This document shows positions 25,521 to 39,167 of a stretch of DNA of 64,000 nucleotides, piece by piece. The translations under genes were made by a program, and so were the position numbers. Source of the stretch: Bigelowiella natans CCMP2755 (taxonomy: Eukaryota > Protista > Cercozoa); contig ADNK01002372.1 in NCBI GenBank assembly GCA_000320545.1, positions 1-64,000 of the forward strand. Reading direction: 5' to 3'. Below the pieces are notes generated by a model, which saw only the letters and a program-made list of their open reading frames with translations, did not search any database and was not told the DNA's origin. Within the stretch, counting starts at the first letter, position 1, and each line of letters starts with the position of its first letter.

Positions 25521-25600
25521 GACGAATGTAGTGGATTAATCAAATCTTTTCAATTATACCAATGTAGCTGTGTAATGATGCGGCTACAGTGCTTGTATTG
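25521..25600 (+). repeat. Solo terminal fragment of the same TIR family
   Basis: gacgaatgtagtgga..ttttcaattataccaatgtagctgtgtaatgatgcggctacagtgctt. Confidence 0.6.
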
Positions 25601-25724
25601 CATCTTCTCATACATAACATGTCCGAGCGTGTACAACATTCCATGGAACCAGTGATCATGGAGTAGTGAGATGCTAGAAGTGTGATGAAAATAGAGACCT
25701 TGGAGGAGAAGGAGAGACATTTTG

Positions 25725-27823
25725 CTATCTTTTCATCTCGCGGCAAATTTGGCAAATGACCGGATAAGCTTTCTGTAAGACATGCAGGGCCGTTGAGATG
25801 TCACCTAGTGATAAAAGTGTAGTCGTATGTATTAGAACTACATGTAAAATAAACGATTTGTGAAGTAAGTGATGATATAGAGTTAAAATTATTACAGAGC
25901 ATGATTGGCTTCATTATAATTTTACAAGTTTGTCGATTGAATACCAGGAAGAGTGAGAATCAAAGAATTGCCATCACTTCCAGCTACAGCTCTGTAACAA
26001 ATTGGAAAAAAAAAGGTAGGAATAGTAATTAAGTCTCTACACTACAAGTTGATTTCCTTGGCTCACATTGGTCATGGATAGTATGAATATGATGATCACA
26101 AAGAAGCTGCTTACTTCTGCAACTACAGTTTAGAGATGATATGCACTCTCTCCTTTTATTCTATGATGCGTATATTTGATGATTTCAGCTCATGATGTTA
26201 CTAATACTAGTACTACTGCTACTCCTTCTACTACTACTAATACTCTGTAGGAATACAGAGATAATACCAACAATTTGTTTTCATTATCACAGCAACAACA
26301 ACAACAACTACTACTACAACTACTACTGCTGCTGTCTGCCGCTTTTACAGCTGTTACTTGTGTTGCCAATACTATTTGTTTTTTATGGTAACTTCGAGGA
26401 GTAAAGGACGAAAAACCTGTAGGTGGAGGTGCCTAAGGAGATGTTGCTTCCTCCTCTTTGAGTAACGAGCATCGTTATTGCGATCGCCAAGCTCGGTGCA
26501 TTCTATATGGAGAATAATAGATGATAATGATGATGATGATGATGATGATGTTTTAAAAGCATTATTCGTTACAACACAAATATCCAAACATCCAAGCAAA
26601 AAAATGTGTTTGGCAAACAACTTAGTGCTGCTACATTGTCAAGACTAGCTGATGATTTGTTAGAAAAGGAGGAGGAGGGCGAGGATAACATGAGGATAAT
26701 AGCATCAAATGCCACAAACAACAAAACACAACAACAGGAAAAGGCTACTATAGGTATGATGAAGATGATGATAACAAAGCAACTTGCTAGCTTGTACTAA
26801 AATGATGTACACGGAGAAACAGGGGGTAAGTAAATATAGTACGATATTATTATTAGCGTGCTTACATCATCATAATCGTCATTATCATAATCCTTAGCAT
26901 CAATGCATGCCAGATGGCCTTACTACTACTACTACTACTACTACTACTACACAACTGGAGTGCTATGAAGAGCTAATAGTAGCTCATCAACGTTTTCGCC
27001 CTTGAATGATTATGACATACTAATTGATCAAACTGATGTGTTTTATAAACACCTTTATAATAAGTGATTCAGCTATTTCCGGTGCTATGTCAGATGTAGC
27101 ATATCCTGATGATGATGATAGAAGATGCAAAAACGATTAAAAGTTTGGACAATACTAGCAGGTGATCGATGACTGACTGACTAGGTAGAAATATCTTCGA
27201 AAAACTTGATGCAAAGGAGGGGGGGGATGATCTAAAAAACAAAATCCGATAGTAGCAGTAGCTATAGATAGCAAGCACCATTTGAATGATCAATGTAGTA
27301 TTAGTATTACTATTAGTACTTGTATCAGAAATTATCAGCAGCGTAAATAATCCGTTGTTTGGTTGTTTGTTACTACGTCGCACTTTCTACCACTAGTGCT
27401 ACTACAACCAACCGGTTTTTCCAAGGAATATAACCAAGTCTACACCAGATCTCTATGGTAATAATTAGTTGAGATTGATCATCATGGGCAGCAGTAGCAG
27501 TAGTAAGTAGGTTGCAGTAACTGTAAGTATCTAACCTTAGGTACACTTGTTAGGTAGCACCTGCCATAACTACTAACTCCTACTGCTATTCCCCCCCCCC
27601 CTTCTCTCTTTATATTAATTGGTAGTATGGATCGTAGTAAGACAAGGTTGCTACTGCAGCAGCAGCAGTGCGAGGAGGAATAGTAGTAGTAGTAGTCCTA
27701 CTGTACCATGTCTCTTTCTCTTTCAGATTGTAATGATGCTGCTGCTAATGCTGCTACTGCTTTTTACATAAAAGATCATCTCCACTCTCTTGATGATATC
27801 CATAGATGAAGGTTATTCTACTT

Positions 27824-27854
<31 letters not shown>

Positions 27855-28608
27855 GACACTTCTAATTCATTCATTTGTTATTTAATCACATCTCACAATC
27901 CACCCACCTTTGAGAATAGCAAGGCTTGGCTTTTGATGATGTTGCTGCTGCTGCTGCTGCTGCTAGTGGTGGTGGTGTTGTCAAGGACGTTTTGCTTCTC
28001 CGTAGTATCATTATCCTCATCGTTTGTTTCAATAAATGCTTTTATTCTGTAACAACAGTTTCCTCCTTTTTTCTTCATCATCATCAGCCTCCTTGTAAGC
28101 TGATCTAATGAAGAATATGAGTCCTCTTGTTGCGCCGCCATGTTAATCACCGCTACTCCCAAACAGGGCCCTCCTTGCTCGCCTACGACTCCTCCATCGT
28201 TTTTCTCATCATCATCGTTGTGATTTTTTTTACTTGCTACTGTTGCAGCTCTCCTTCTTTCTCCACCTCCTCTTATCATAGTAGCTGCTAAGGAAGAAGA
28301 GGAAAGAGGATAAATAGAAACCGAACTTCCACACGGCAATTCTCCTTTTCCCTGAATAATAAATAGTAGCAAAACACATCATGCTGACTTCCTTAAGCTC
28401 AGTATATATAGAGTTGTTGTAGTAAAAAAACCCAAATATGCATATAAAATGTGGACAACTACTGATCTAAATAACGACGTTCTATGATCTATCTAAAGAG
28501 CTGAAAGAACAAATATAAGCAACAAGAAGATTATTCTTATTCTTGGTCTGCTTCAGCCTCTTTGCTTGTAGATGATACCCTCACAGAATACTCCTCCTAC
28601 ACTAATCC

Positions 28609-28648
<40 letters not shown>

Positions 28649-30358
28649 TATCCATACATTTCCCATATATTTTCTTTATGTAGTAGTAATAATAAAAATA
28701 ACAATAACAACAATTATAATTTTTGGAACGTTATAGGTAGCCACATGAGGGGCCAAACGCCATAAATAAGCTGTAGTAGTCGTTGTTAAATGGTTGATAA
28801 GGAAGAAGTAATACGTCTCCTTCTATAGGAAGAGGATGAAGAGAGGGTAGGATCATAGAAAGAAAGAAAGAAAGAAAGAAGAAGAAGAAGAAGAGAGCCA
28901 ATCATTAGCTAGTAGCTAGTACCACCTCCTCCTCCTCAACCACTCCCCCCCCCCTTCTACTTGTACTACCTGAGGTATGAAGGCCAAGGCATTTGCACCG
29001 TACATGCTTAGTATTCGACTTGACGCTTGTCTTCCTGTGGTATTGTTGTTATTATTGTTGTTGTTGATGATGATAATAATAATAATGGGTGGTGATATCA
29101 TCAATCAATCAATCAATCAATCAATCAGCACCATTTTGATGTTTATCTTGCACTACAAGGAACCAGTAGACTAATCAATTTAATGTTCTTCTTGTACTAC
29201 AAAGAACCAGTAGAATAAGCATAGTAATCTCCTCCTCCTCCTCCTCCTTCTTGGTTTGGTATTAGCCCTTCTTTTTCTCCTTTTTCTTCCTCCTCCTCTC
29301 CTTCCTTTTTTGTCGGCCTCCATACGACATGTACACGATGATACCTGCGTCATCGTAGTACTACATGGGTGGTTGGTCATACTCACTCACTCCTCCTTAA
29401 TTACAAAGTAGTACTACTACTAGCAGTAGTAGTAAATAGTCAAATATGATCAAGATGACGAAAACAACTAATTATATAGTCCTTTGTAAAGTAATTGTTG
29501 TTCTTATAGTTTGCTATTGATAAAGTAGTATCTATTCATGCCGTGAGGCTTTTCTTCTTCTTCTTCCTCTTCTTCTCCTCCTCCTTCTCACCCAATATAA
29601 TCTCTCGTCACAACATCATTTTATTGCTACTACTTCAGTCACGCTGTTATCGTTCGATGTAGTTTATTATAGTGTCTTCGTCAATATGTAGTAGAAGTAG
29701 TAATAATGCTACTTAAGCCCTGTTTAGGTGTGATTATATGATGTAGTCTTAGTAGTAATGCTACTCAGGTCGTATAGCATCCATTCTTATTGGGTGTGCT
29801 AGAAATGCTGAGAAGGCCTTTTGATATAGTAATGATAATAACAAAAATAATGTATTAAGTTGCGCAATCATCAATATTAATTATTAAATAAATAGTCAAT
29901 GAGCAATAACAATATCATTATTGTGAGAACGTGGAGTAGTGAAAGGCCACAAAATGGAGATCTTCATCCTTTCAATTCAAGAATTATTACTCAAATCATA
30001 TGTTGTAATAAGTCGTCAAGAATAATATTGTTTAAACATGAAGCTAGTAGCTATAAAGCCGTGCTAGTGTTTAAGATCAGTAGTAGTAGTAGTAGTAGTG
30101 GTAGAGTAGGTGTATAATGCAACTACACTAACCGGCGTAAGAGACGATTCTCCCCCTCCTTTTTTGTAGCTTGGGTCCTTGTTGTTGATGTGTTGGTATT
30201 TTGAGAAGGAGCTATCTCCTGAGAGCTTCCATATAGCCCTTGATACTAGCAATTCAAATGTTACCGCTAATAAAATAAAGTATACAAATACAAAATAACC
30301 GTAGATCAGCCGTTATTTTAAGAAACAATTCCAATGAACGATGTGGAAAATACAAGTA

Positions 30359-30396
<38 letters not shown>

Positions 30397-31685
30397 TAAT
30401 CATCGTCATTAGTATTTATATGGTTGTTGTGTGCTTAAAGCGTGTGTGTATATAATGTTCTCACACAACAGCTTCATCATGTACACTACCGCTACGGTTC
30501 ATTCTTCTCATCGTCATCTTTATACATGATAATATATAGATCATGATAATGATAATGATGATGATGATGATAAGTAGCTCACAAACCGCAGCTGACAGGA
30601 TTTCCGGGGAGTCCAAAGTATAGTAATTTCTTCTCAATCTCCTTCCTTTTAATTTCCTCCTCCTCATCCTCATCTGCCTCCTCCTCCTCTTTTTCTTGAT
30701 TAACTTTCTTCTTTTTCTTCTTCCTCTCCTCAAAGAGAATGGTTGCAAAAGTGGTTGGTTTACCTGGTTTCATCCTGCAGCAGCAGTAGTAGTAGTAGTA
30801 GTAGTTAACGACGTATTTATAGCTACTATAATGATTACTAAACAATAATAGTAATACTAATACTACTACTACAAGGATCCTTGTCTAACATATGCTGGCT
30901 ACTGGGTGATGGATAATTGAATAATACTAATGATAATAATAATAATAATACCTCATGCGGTCAAAGTGAATTGTTGCACGTGAGAATACGCCGTCTCTTC
31001 CTATTGCTCCTTGATATTGTTGTCCTTTTTTTTTTTCTTTTTCTTCTTCTTCTTCTTCTTGTTCTGCTCTTCTTGGCGTTGTTACCATCTTATTGAGTGC
31101 AACCTTTACAGGATCTGCTCGCCCCATCGAAACCTTATGGTATTATTATTAGTATTGGTATTATTATTATTAGTAGTAGTAGTGCTGAGGGATAATCACA
31201 AAAGCAGAATAAATGCAGTGATCGTTATAAATATTAAGGTGGTTGTTACCCCCCCCGATGAAATGAAGATGTCAGCATCATCGTCCAGAGCAGCTTTCAC
31301 AATGATGCTTACAATATTATCACTACCATCTGCTGCTGCTGCTGCTGAATCATTAGCGTCCTTATGCTGCTTCAAACTACTACTACTACTACTACTACTA
31401 TCCCTGCTAATGCCCATATTAACAGCGATGCCACCACAAGATCGGACTAATGAAATAATCAATAAACATGTTTGTTCTCGTCAGCCAGGATTATTAGACC
31501 TATCACTTGGAGAAGAGATGTATAAGATCTAAAACTTACATATCGATCCAAAACAACAAATGGAAATACAAGAACGATTCATACCAAGCTGCATACATAT
31601 TCCATAAAGAGAGGAAAAGAGGGTGGTGGTGATGATGATGATGATGATGATGATGATGGTATTAAGAAATATCAGCTACAACTAT

Positions 31686-31717
<32 letters not shown>

Positions 31718-31746
31718 TTACTACTACACCTACAGGGCTACAAAAG

Positions 31747-31782
<36 letters not shown>

Positions 31783-33047
31783 GCAGTATGGTACACACAC
31801 GGCAGAATAAACATGAAAGATGGTTTACTACTACACTGTACAATTATAATGATACTGGTAGCAATATATCACACTACTACATATTACTACCTCCAGTAGT
31901 AGATAGGTAGGTAGGTAGGTAGGTAGGGTAGTAGTTAGTAGATAGCTAGGTAGTAAGTATCAAAGGAGTACAAGTACATAGCAGTACCGAGAGCTCTTAG
32001 CATGGGTCCATTACTGTCAAAGATCTTCTCATCGTCGATGCCGGTAGGGTTACCACCACCACCAGCAGCAGCAGATGCTACCACCTGTTTATTCTTATTA
32101 CCTGTTGTCGTAAGCAGCAGCCCATTCCTATCCAAATAACGAGAAGAAGAAGAAGAAGAAGAAGAAGAAGAAGAAGATACTACTCCTGTGGCTTTTTCTT
32201 CTTCTTCGTCTTTCTCGATTTGGACCAATTCATCCCCAGTACTCAAGACCTATATAATAATAAGAGGGTGAGGAGGAGGAGGAGGAGATGAAGGGGGGCG
32301 AGAGGGAAGATAGATGATCAGTAATTGCTGGGGGGAGGGGGGGGGGGGTGTCAGAGGGGATTGGTTGTCACACACAAAGCAAGGAAAATTACATATAATA
32401 TCACATATGGTGAGCAGGCAGGTAGCTAGTAGTAGTAATTGGTATTTATGATGTAACTAAATGGAAACACCATCAAAAACGGAAGAAGGCAGCGCTGCAT
32501 TCAGTCGTTCTCAAAAAAGAAAGTCATCATCATCATCATTATCATCACCATTATCATTATCATGATATAGAAGAAGAAGAAGAAGAAGAAGAAGAAGAAG
32601 AAGAATAGACAAATAATGCTTCTACAATATGGGCTAATGCTGCTGCTACTGCTGCGCTACTACTACTACATCTAAATTACAAAGCAATGAGCGGCAGTAG
32701 TATCCAATATATACTAAATACCAACCGCAACACGGGGTCGCTTGTGGACTTTAACAGTTGTCATTCCTAGTGATTATAGCCATAGTAGTAATGATGGTGG
32801 TGGCAGCATCAGCTATATAATATATGAAAGACGCATGATGAGAACCACTCATCAGAATCCATGGAAGACCCAGCTTTATCACACTCTTTTTCTTCTTTTT
32901 CTTCTTTTTCTTCCACTTCTTCTTCTTCTTCTTCTTCATCATCATCATCATAATCCCAACTTGTTACGACCGTTTGATGCCAGAATGCCGATGTATACAG
33001 GAAGAATCTTTTCTCCTTTCTTTAAGAGCTGTACGTAGCATTTTGTA

Positions 33048-33082
<35 letters not shown>

Positions 33083-34004
33083 TCTGGGAAAAGCAAGAAG
33101 GAACGAATACTGAATCAAATCTGACTAAAATTAAAGCAGCAACATTCGCCTAGATGACGTGATGACGTACGTAGACGACCGTCATTCGAACAAACTCCAT
33201 CATCAACAGCACCCACCTTTTGTCCAAGTTTGATATCACTTCCAATGGCTCTCACAAAAGATCCTTCTTGAGCTTCCTGCGGTTTGTGCTTCAAGAGCAC
33301 GAATTCTTTTCCTTTTGAGATGGTGGCATAAAAATGAGGGTTAGGGGTAATGTGGACTATGCTACTAAGATAGCACCAAAGCTAGATTCACTAGTTGCAT
33401 TTAGTTACAGACTGGTGTTTTTAGCCGGTTCTCCTTCTTTTCATGGGAGAAAAGAATAGGAAAATATAGTAATAATTAATAACATTTTGTACCTCTTTTA
33501 GATGAGAAAAGGATGGAAATATTTAGTAATTAATAACCTTTTGCTCCTCCTCTTTTAGATGATGATGATGATGCCTGACTATCTTCAACCTGATAGTGAT
33601 GAAAGGACAAGATAGGGTGGAATGTGCGAATATTATCAACGAGCATTGCCACCATCAAGACTACCATTCGAGGCAATCAGCGCCCAATTACCTTTACAAC
33701 AGCTCCCGCACCTAGTGGAATAGGCCCTCCTATGTAACAGTAGCACTATTTAGCAGACAGCGACAGTGACGATCGTTTGATGATTATCTTTATTTCTCCT
33801 CTCTGCATCATACACATACCATACCGGTGGCAACATATGCACAAGTTCCTGCAACGAGCTTCTTGCTCCACTTATGCCCCGCAAAAATCCCTTATTTACC
33901 ATCAATATCAGATTCTTTGAATCATCGAGTTATAATATTGGTTAAAACGATGATTTTCAAATGATGAAATACACACACATGTGGTGTGTGTGTGTGTGTA
34001 TAAA

Positions 34005-34050
<46 letters not shown>

Positions 34051-34530
34051 TTTATCCTACTGCTGCGGCTGCTACTGCGACTACTACTTACAACAATACT
34101 TTCAGTGACTTCAAGTTCGCCAGGTAATTGACCAGCGACAACTGCATAACCATCCATGACCGAAGTACGGCATGAAGGCATTGCTTTTACGGAGAAAACG
34201 TCCTCGTATAGATATCTTTCGAACAATTTACGTGTTATGTTTTTCCTGGAGAATTGTGCTAGTTATCACCTCCCAACAGCTTGTTTAAGCAGTACTTCTT
34301 CTGGCCCTAGTGTTGCCGAACATTCCCTCTGGGTATTAGTTAGAGGACAATTTGTCATTGGAGAAGAATTCGTTTTCGAATTAGAGAGAGAGTGGTGTTG
34401 TTTTGGAAAATTATGTTCCTGTGCTGAAATTTATCAAAGAAATTTCATGTACCAAAACACGGTCAAGTGCCACTTTCACAGGGGTCATCATAGGAGTACG
34501 TGCAGTCGAAGCTGCCGACGTAGACGCCAT
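25725..34530 (-). CDS. CNX1: Molybdenum cofactor biosynthesis protein Cnx1/gephyrin-like: N-terminal MoeA (E) domain plus C-terminal divergent MogA (G) domain; about 20 exons
   Basis: E domain: MTPVKVALDRVL, SVMDGYAV, YVATG|GPIPLGAGAVVK|VED, VRAIGSDI, PRVA|VLSTGDELV, KIFDSNGPML, SSGG|VSMG, MKPGKPTTFA, LPGNPVSC, RPEYHR, TGRQASSRILSM. G domain: GVDLVIFLGKTGYATSDIAPE, NAPSLA, RAVAG..SLILTLPG. Stop at 25727-25725. Confidence 0.88.
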
Positions 34531-34995
34531 TCAAGAAGATCTCGACGACAATCCGTCCTTGATGATGATGGTGCTCAGCTCGTACGAATTACATGAGCTG
34601 TAAGTATGTGGTAGTCGTAGGCGTGAAAAGGCCGTACAAATCACCCTGATCTTGCTTGTCGCACTACTGAAAGGGCACCACAAATCAACTTCTTAGACTA
34701 GTCGCAGAAGAGAAAAGGCTCCTACCTTGTTGCACGAGGTACTCCTCTCCTCCTCCTCCTCCTCCTCCTCCTCCTCCTCTACCACTACCATGCTAATCAT
34801 TTGAAGAGGGAGTGGGTCATATATTCAAATACACATTTTTTTGCCTTATCTACATTATCTCGGTAAAACTATCCCAAAGAGCCTGAAATAATCGTTCAGC
34901 TACAACGGCCAGACGAATAGCTAACGCTTGCCAAACTGAGGGAGGCGAAGAAATCACCTTTTCCTCGAAATTATCGAGAAAAAGGCAGAGAAGAA

Positions 34996-35110
34996 ATGAC
35001 TACTCTTGTGGATATAAAAAGTAGATTATGCATTTAACAAAGCTTTTCTGTTGCAGCAAATCTTGTAACCTTTGATGAACACCAGCATACAATATACGCT
35101 TATCCCCCCC

Positions 35111-35144
<34 letters not shown>

Positions 35145-35154
35145 ACGCGCGCGC

Positions 35155-35203
<49 letters not shown>

Positions 35204-35438
35204 GAGAGAATAGATGATGTGCTGATGTTCTTGGACTTTTCCCTTAAATATGTGATCAATCAATCTACTCGTTTCAAATAACAGGATCGTCGTCGTTATT
35301 CCATCTGGATTACCATAAGTATTACTTTCTGATAGTACAACTGTTGTATCTATCCTCAATTTTACCATCGACGGGAGGCACAAAATTATTGCGGAATACT
35401 GTGATCCCTCCCTTACTGGACGTGCCAACGTTAGTAAT

Positions 35439-35478
<40 letters not shown>

Positions 35479-35514
35479 AACACGCACAACTGTTGTAAAC
35501 AATTAAGTATGTGA

Positions 35515-35564
<50 letters not shown>

Positions 35565-35945
35565 ATGTACATGCATGAAAACTGTTAAAAGTAAGCTATG
35601 TATATGCAAGAAAATATGTGTAGTAGTTGTAAACAACGTTATCATAAGATAATTGTTATTACTACTCACTGATATCAGCTACTCGCTAGCAACATTAGGG
35701 ACTGATGGGAAAACTTGCATGAACATCATCACGTACGCGACTCCAGTTGGCATAAAGCCAGAGAGAATATGGACCATCAGCATATATAAAGGAACTCAAA
35801 CACATCACAATTTTGAGCTCCAGAAACGAGGCGTGTTACAACTCCTTAGAAGGTCACACTCACCTCTCGTACACCTTCTAGGGGGTAAATCTGGACGCGA
35901 TTTTGATAAGAAAGGAGGATGCGCTAAGCTGGGATTTTCTTGGAT

Positions 35946-35979
<34 letters not shown>

Positions 35980-36437
35980 ACTTCTTCACAAAGTAGTACC
36001 GCAAAAGAGGACGAAATCATGCTACTTCCTAACTGTAAAGCTTACATCAAAGTTTCACTTCAAGGAGACTTGATCGATGCTGGAGTTCATTCGGTGGCCT
36101 TATGCAGAGTTGAGGAAATGTTTGTCCTCGACGAGGAGGATAACGTCCTCGAGAGATGCGATGTTGATGATCCTATCTTGAACACAAAGTTTCTAAGGGA
36201 TCTGGGAATTATCAGCGCAGCTGGTACGTACTTTGTCGACCTATCCTTATGACTACTATTTCACATCGATCACCAACTGTGAAGAAAAGAACATGATGTA
36301 TTTTTCACACACGGCACACCAACCGTCATTCGAAACTGCTCTTTTATCGGTGAATTAAGAAGTACCTGTTCTTTTCAGGTAGAGTTATTGAGCCTGGACA
36401 CGATGCTGATGATGATGGCCAAAAAGGAATAAGATAA
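34996..36437 (+). CDS. Flavin reductase-like FMN-binding (split-barrel) protein with N-terminal hydrophobic segment; start exon uncertain
   Basis: PPLLDVPT|YSLATL..TCMNIITYATPVGIKP..HNF..LGGKSGRDFDK..IDAGVHSVALCRVEE..GIISAAG|RV. Confidence 0.7.
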
Positions 36438-36439
36438 CG

Positions 36440-37450
36440 ATGGTAGCCTCACAGCAGACGCACAGTATTGTTCTGCTTATTGTGTATTGTGTAATGGGTT
36501 CATCAGTATAACAAGCAAGCAAGCAGCTAATGCAATGAGAAGTGGTTAGGCGTCATCGTGCTACGAACACGCTAGCACGTGGTAGAGGTGCACATGCATG
36601 ATGCACATGTGCAAAAATGCATAAGGCTAGCAAGTATCTGTCATGCAGACACAATATGTGATGACAACCACCAAATATGTGGATGCAACTTAGTGCATCA
36701 CAGTCTGTTGTTGGTACTAGCTATTACCCTTGGACACAACGATCATACATGCTAGCATGCACATGTGTGTACAAAAATGTATTAATGTAGTAGTGACGCG
36801 TGCGCATCGACTGGCATGCTAGCATGATAATGTTGTGCATACAAGCATAACTAGATAGCTTAGTTTGTGCATGCAGCATCGCACTGCTAGACTGCCACGA
36901 CGGATAACGCAAAATGCAACATGAACAATGTCTAAGATGATTGTCTGGTTTTGAATTACACATTTATACATTCATGCCACGCGAACATCGTAGTGGCCAG
37001 AAAGACGTCTATCTAGCTATCGTATACGCACGTCGTGCAAGCTAGTAAGTCACACTTAGCTTGCACATTTGTGCTGTGCATGCAAGGCTAGAAGGTCTAG
37101 CTAGCTAGATGCATCTAGCAGATGGATGCCGTAGATTAAATGTGTTTTCTTATTAGAATCGGACGTCGAGGTCAACGGCACGCAATTGAGTGCTGCAACA
37201 CCACTTGCTAGCGTGCACTATAGCTAGCGCTAGTAGCACCACACATGCTAGCATGGCATGTGCCGTGATGCATGCCATCTAGCCATGCATATCTGATATG
37301 CTTGCACACAAGCTGGCAGTACTAGAGTAGAAGTCTTTTATATACTTTAGCTTGAGCTAGCTCTGCACGTGCATGATGTGTGGATGCATGCATTAGTTAA
37401 CGCGTCCCGACTCTTTGCTCTACTTCAATTATTCCTCACTCACGCATGGT
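36440..37450. other. Convergent intergenic spacer with partially TpA-eroded, CTAG/GCATGC-rich texture
   Basis: Dense gctagc, ctagctag, gcatgc and cacatgtg motifs, the same texture as 24050-25450 and 59280-59900. Confidence 0.6.
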
Positions 37451-37520
37451 TAGATGGACTAGAATTTTTATTCTCTCCATTGTTCTAAAAGGGGAATTTC
37501 CGATCCATTGTTTGGGTTTA

Positions 37521-37989
37521 TCAACTACATAAACTTGAAGCTGCAGCAAGTTTTGTTTGTATCAAAACAGTATACGTTTGCAATTTAGGAGCAGCAGCAA
37601 GATGAGGCAAGAGCCGTTTTAAGACGTCCCTTTTCGACAGTATGACAGGGCGGTCACTGTAGCTTAATCTCTTTTTCTTTCCAGATTTCGCTGCAGTCAC
37701 TTTCTCTGCACCACCACCACCACCATCATCGTCGTCATCATCATCATCAACAGCAGCAGCCCTATGCAGCATATTTGCTCTCCTTCCAGCTGTGCCCTGA
37801 CCGACGAATCCCCCAAGGACAATTGAAGGGTTCCAGCAGTAATAATTAGACACTTTTTCTTCTTCTTCTTCTTCTCTTTCCTGATCTGGAGTCCAATCTG
37901 GTGGGCCGAGCAATTGCTGGACAAGCTCATCTAAACGCTTAAACTCTGCATTTTGACGAGATGAGGACGGCAACGAAGCTGGCAGGGAC

Positions 37990-38024
<35 letters not shown>

Positions 38025-38494
38025 TCCCTGTGCTGCTGCTGCTGCTGCCGCTGCGGTTTGTGTTGCAGAAAGGGTATGATGACAAGGGGGAACAGCTTGT
38101 AGTGCTAGTTGCTTGACGTATGCAACCAGAGCAGATAGGAAATAATCTTTGTCTCGTTTTATAATAGCGGCTTCCAGTAATTTCTGCTCCAAATGCTCCA
38201 TCGTATGGTTTAAGGTCACAGAGAATGGCGCATTCAATAGATTCAATTTTCCAGCAGCAGTAGCAGCACTTGACAAAGATGAAGATCCTACTACTTGTCG
38301 TCTATTATTAATATCTTGATCAAGAAGCGATAGAAATTCCGATGCCCAGTGTGACGATGACGACAACGATGACGACGACGATGATGATAACGACAGTAGA
38401 GGAGAACTCGGTGACGCCATTAACAACCATGAATCGCTGTCTCTATCGTAGATATACCTGAGATAGGGAAGATGACCAACATAAAGAATCCTGT

Positions 38495-38529
<35 letters not shown>

Positions 38530-38981
38530 TAAATTGTTGAACGGTTGCTGTTTTTGACAAGGTCGGTATCATAAGTAATAATGACCGTGACAATCATCAT
38601 AATTTTGAATGATCGATATCTCCCATTTACTACTCACTTTGAGAAGTTTGGAAAGGAGACAGCAGGAATACCAAGCCCACCACCTAGCATCATGTCAGTA
38701 TTGATTGCTGGTTGTTCTCCTCTTGTCCTTTTTGTCCTTCTCCTCCTCCTCCCAGTTTGTCCTGTTCCCTCCTCTCCTCCTCCCCCCCCTATTATCCAGA
38801 TGTCTGTCGGACCGAGCTCTGGATGCCTTCTTCTTAAAGAAGACATGGAACATCTCATCATCAGCTTCACCCCTCCACCTCCAATCATATCTGGGTATAT
38901 CTCGTACATCCTAATTGCTTCATCACACGTTGCGACAAGAGCAACATTTTCTTTGCTCAATTGTAGTTGAAATATAGCTCC

Positions 38982-39012
<31 letters not shown>

Positions 39013-39119
39013 AATGATAAGGGTTGATCAATAGAAAATCTTCACCAAGTGCACTGGAATACAAAATACGCTCCACACAAAAATATATTTCCAATCATCG
39101 AACCCATAGCATTCATTTG

Positions 39120-39167
<48 letters not shown>

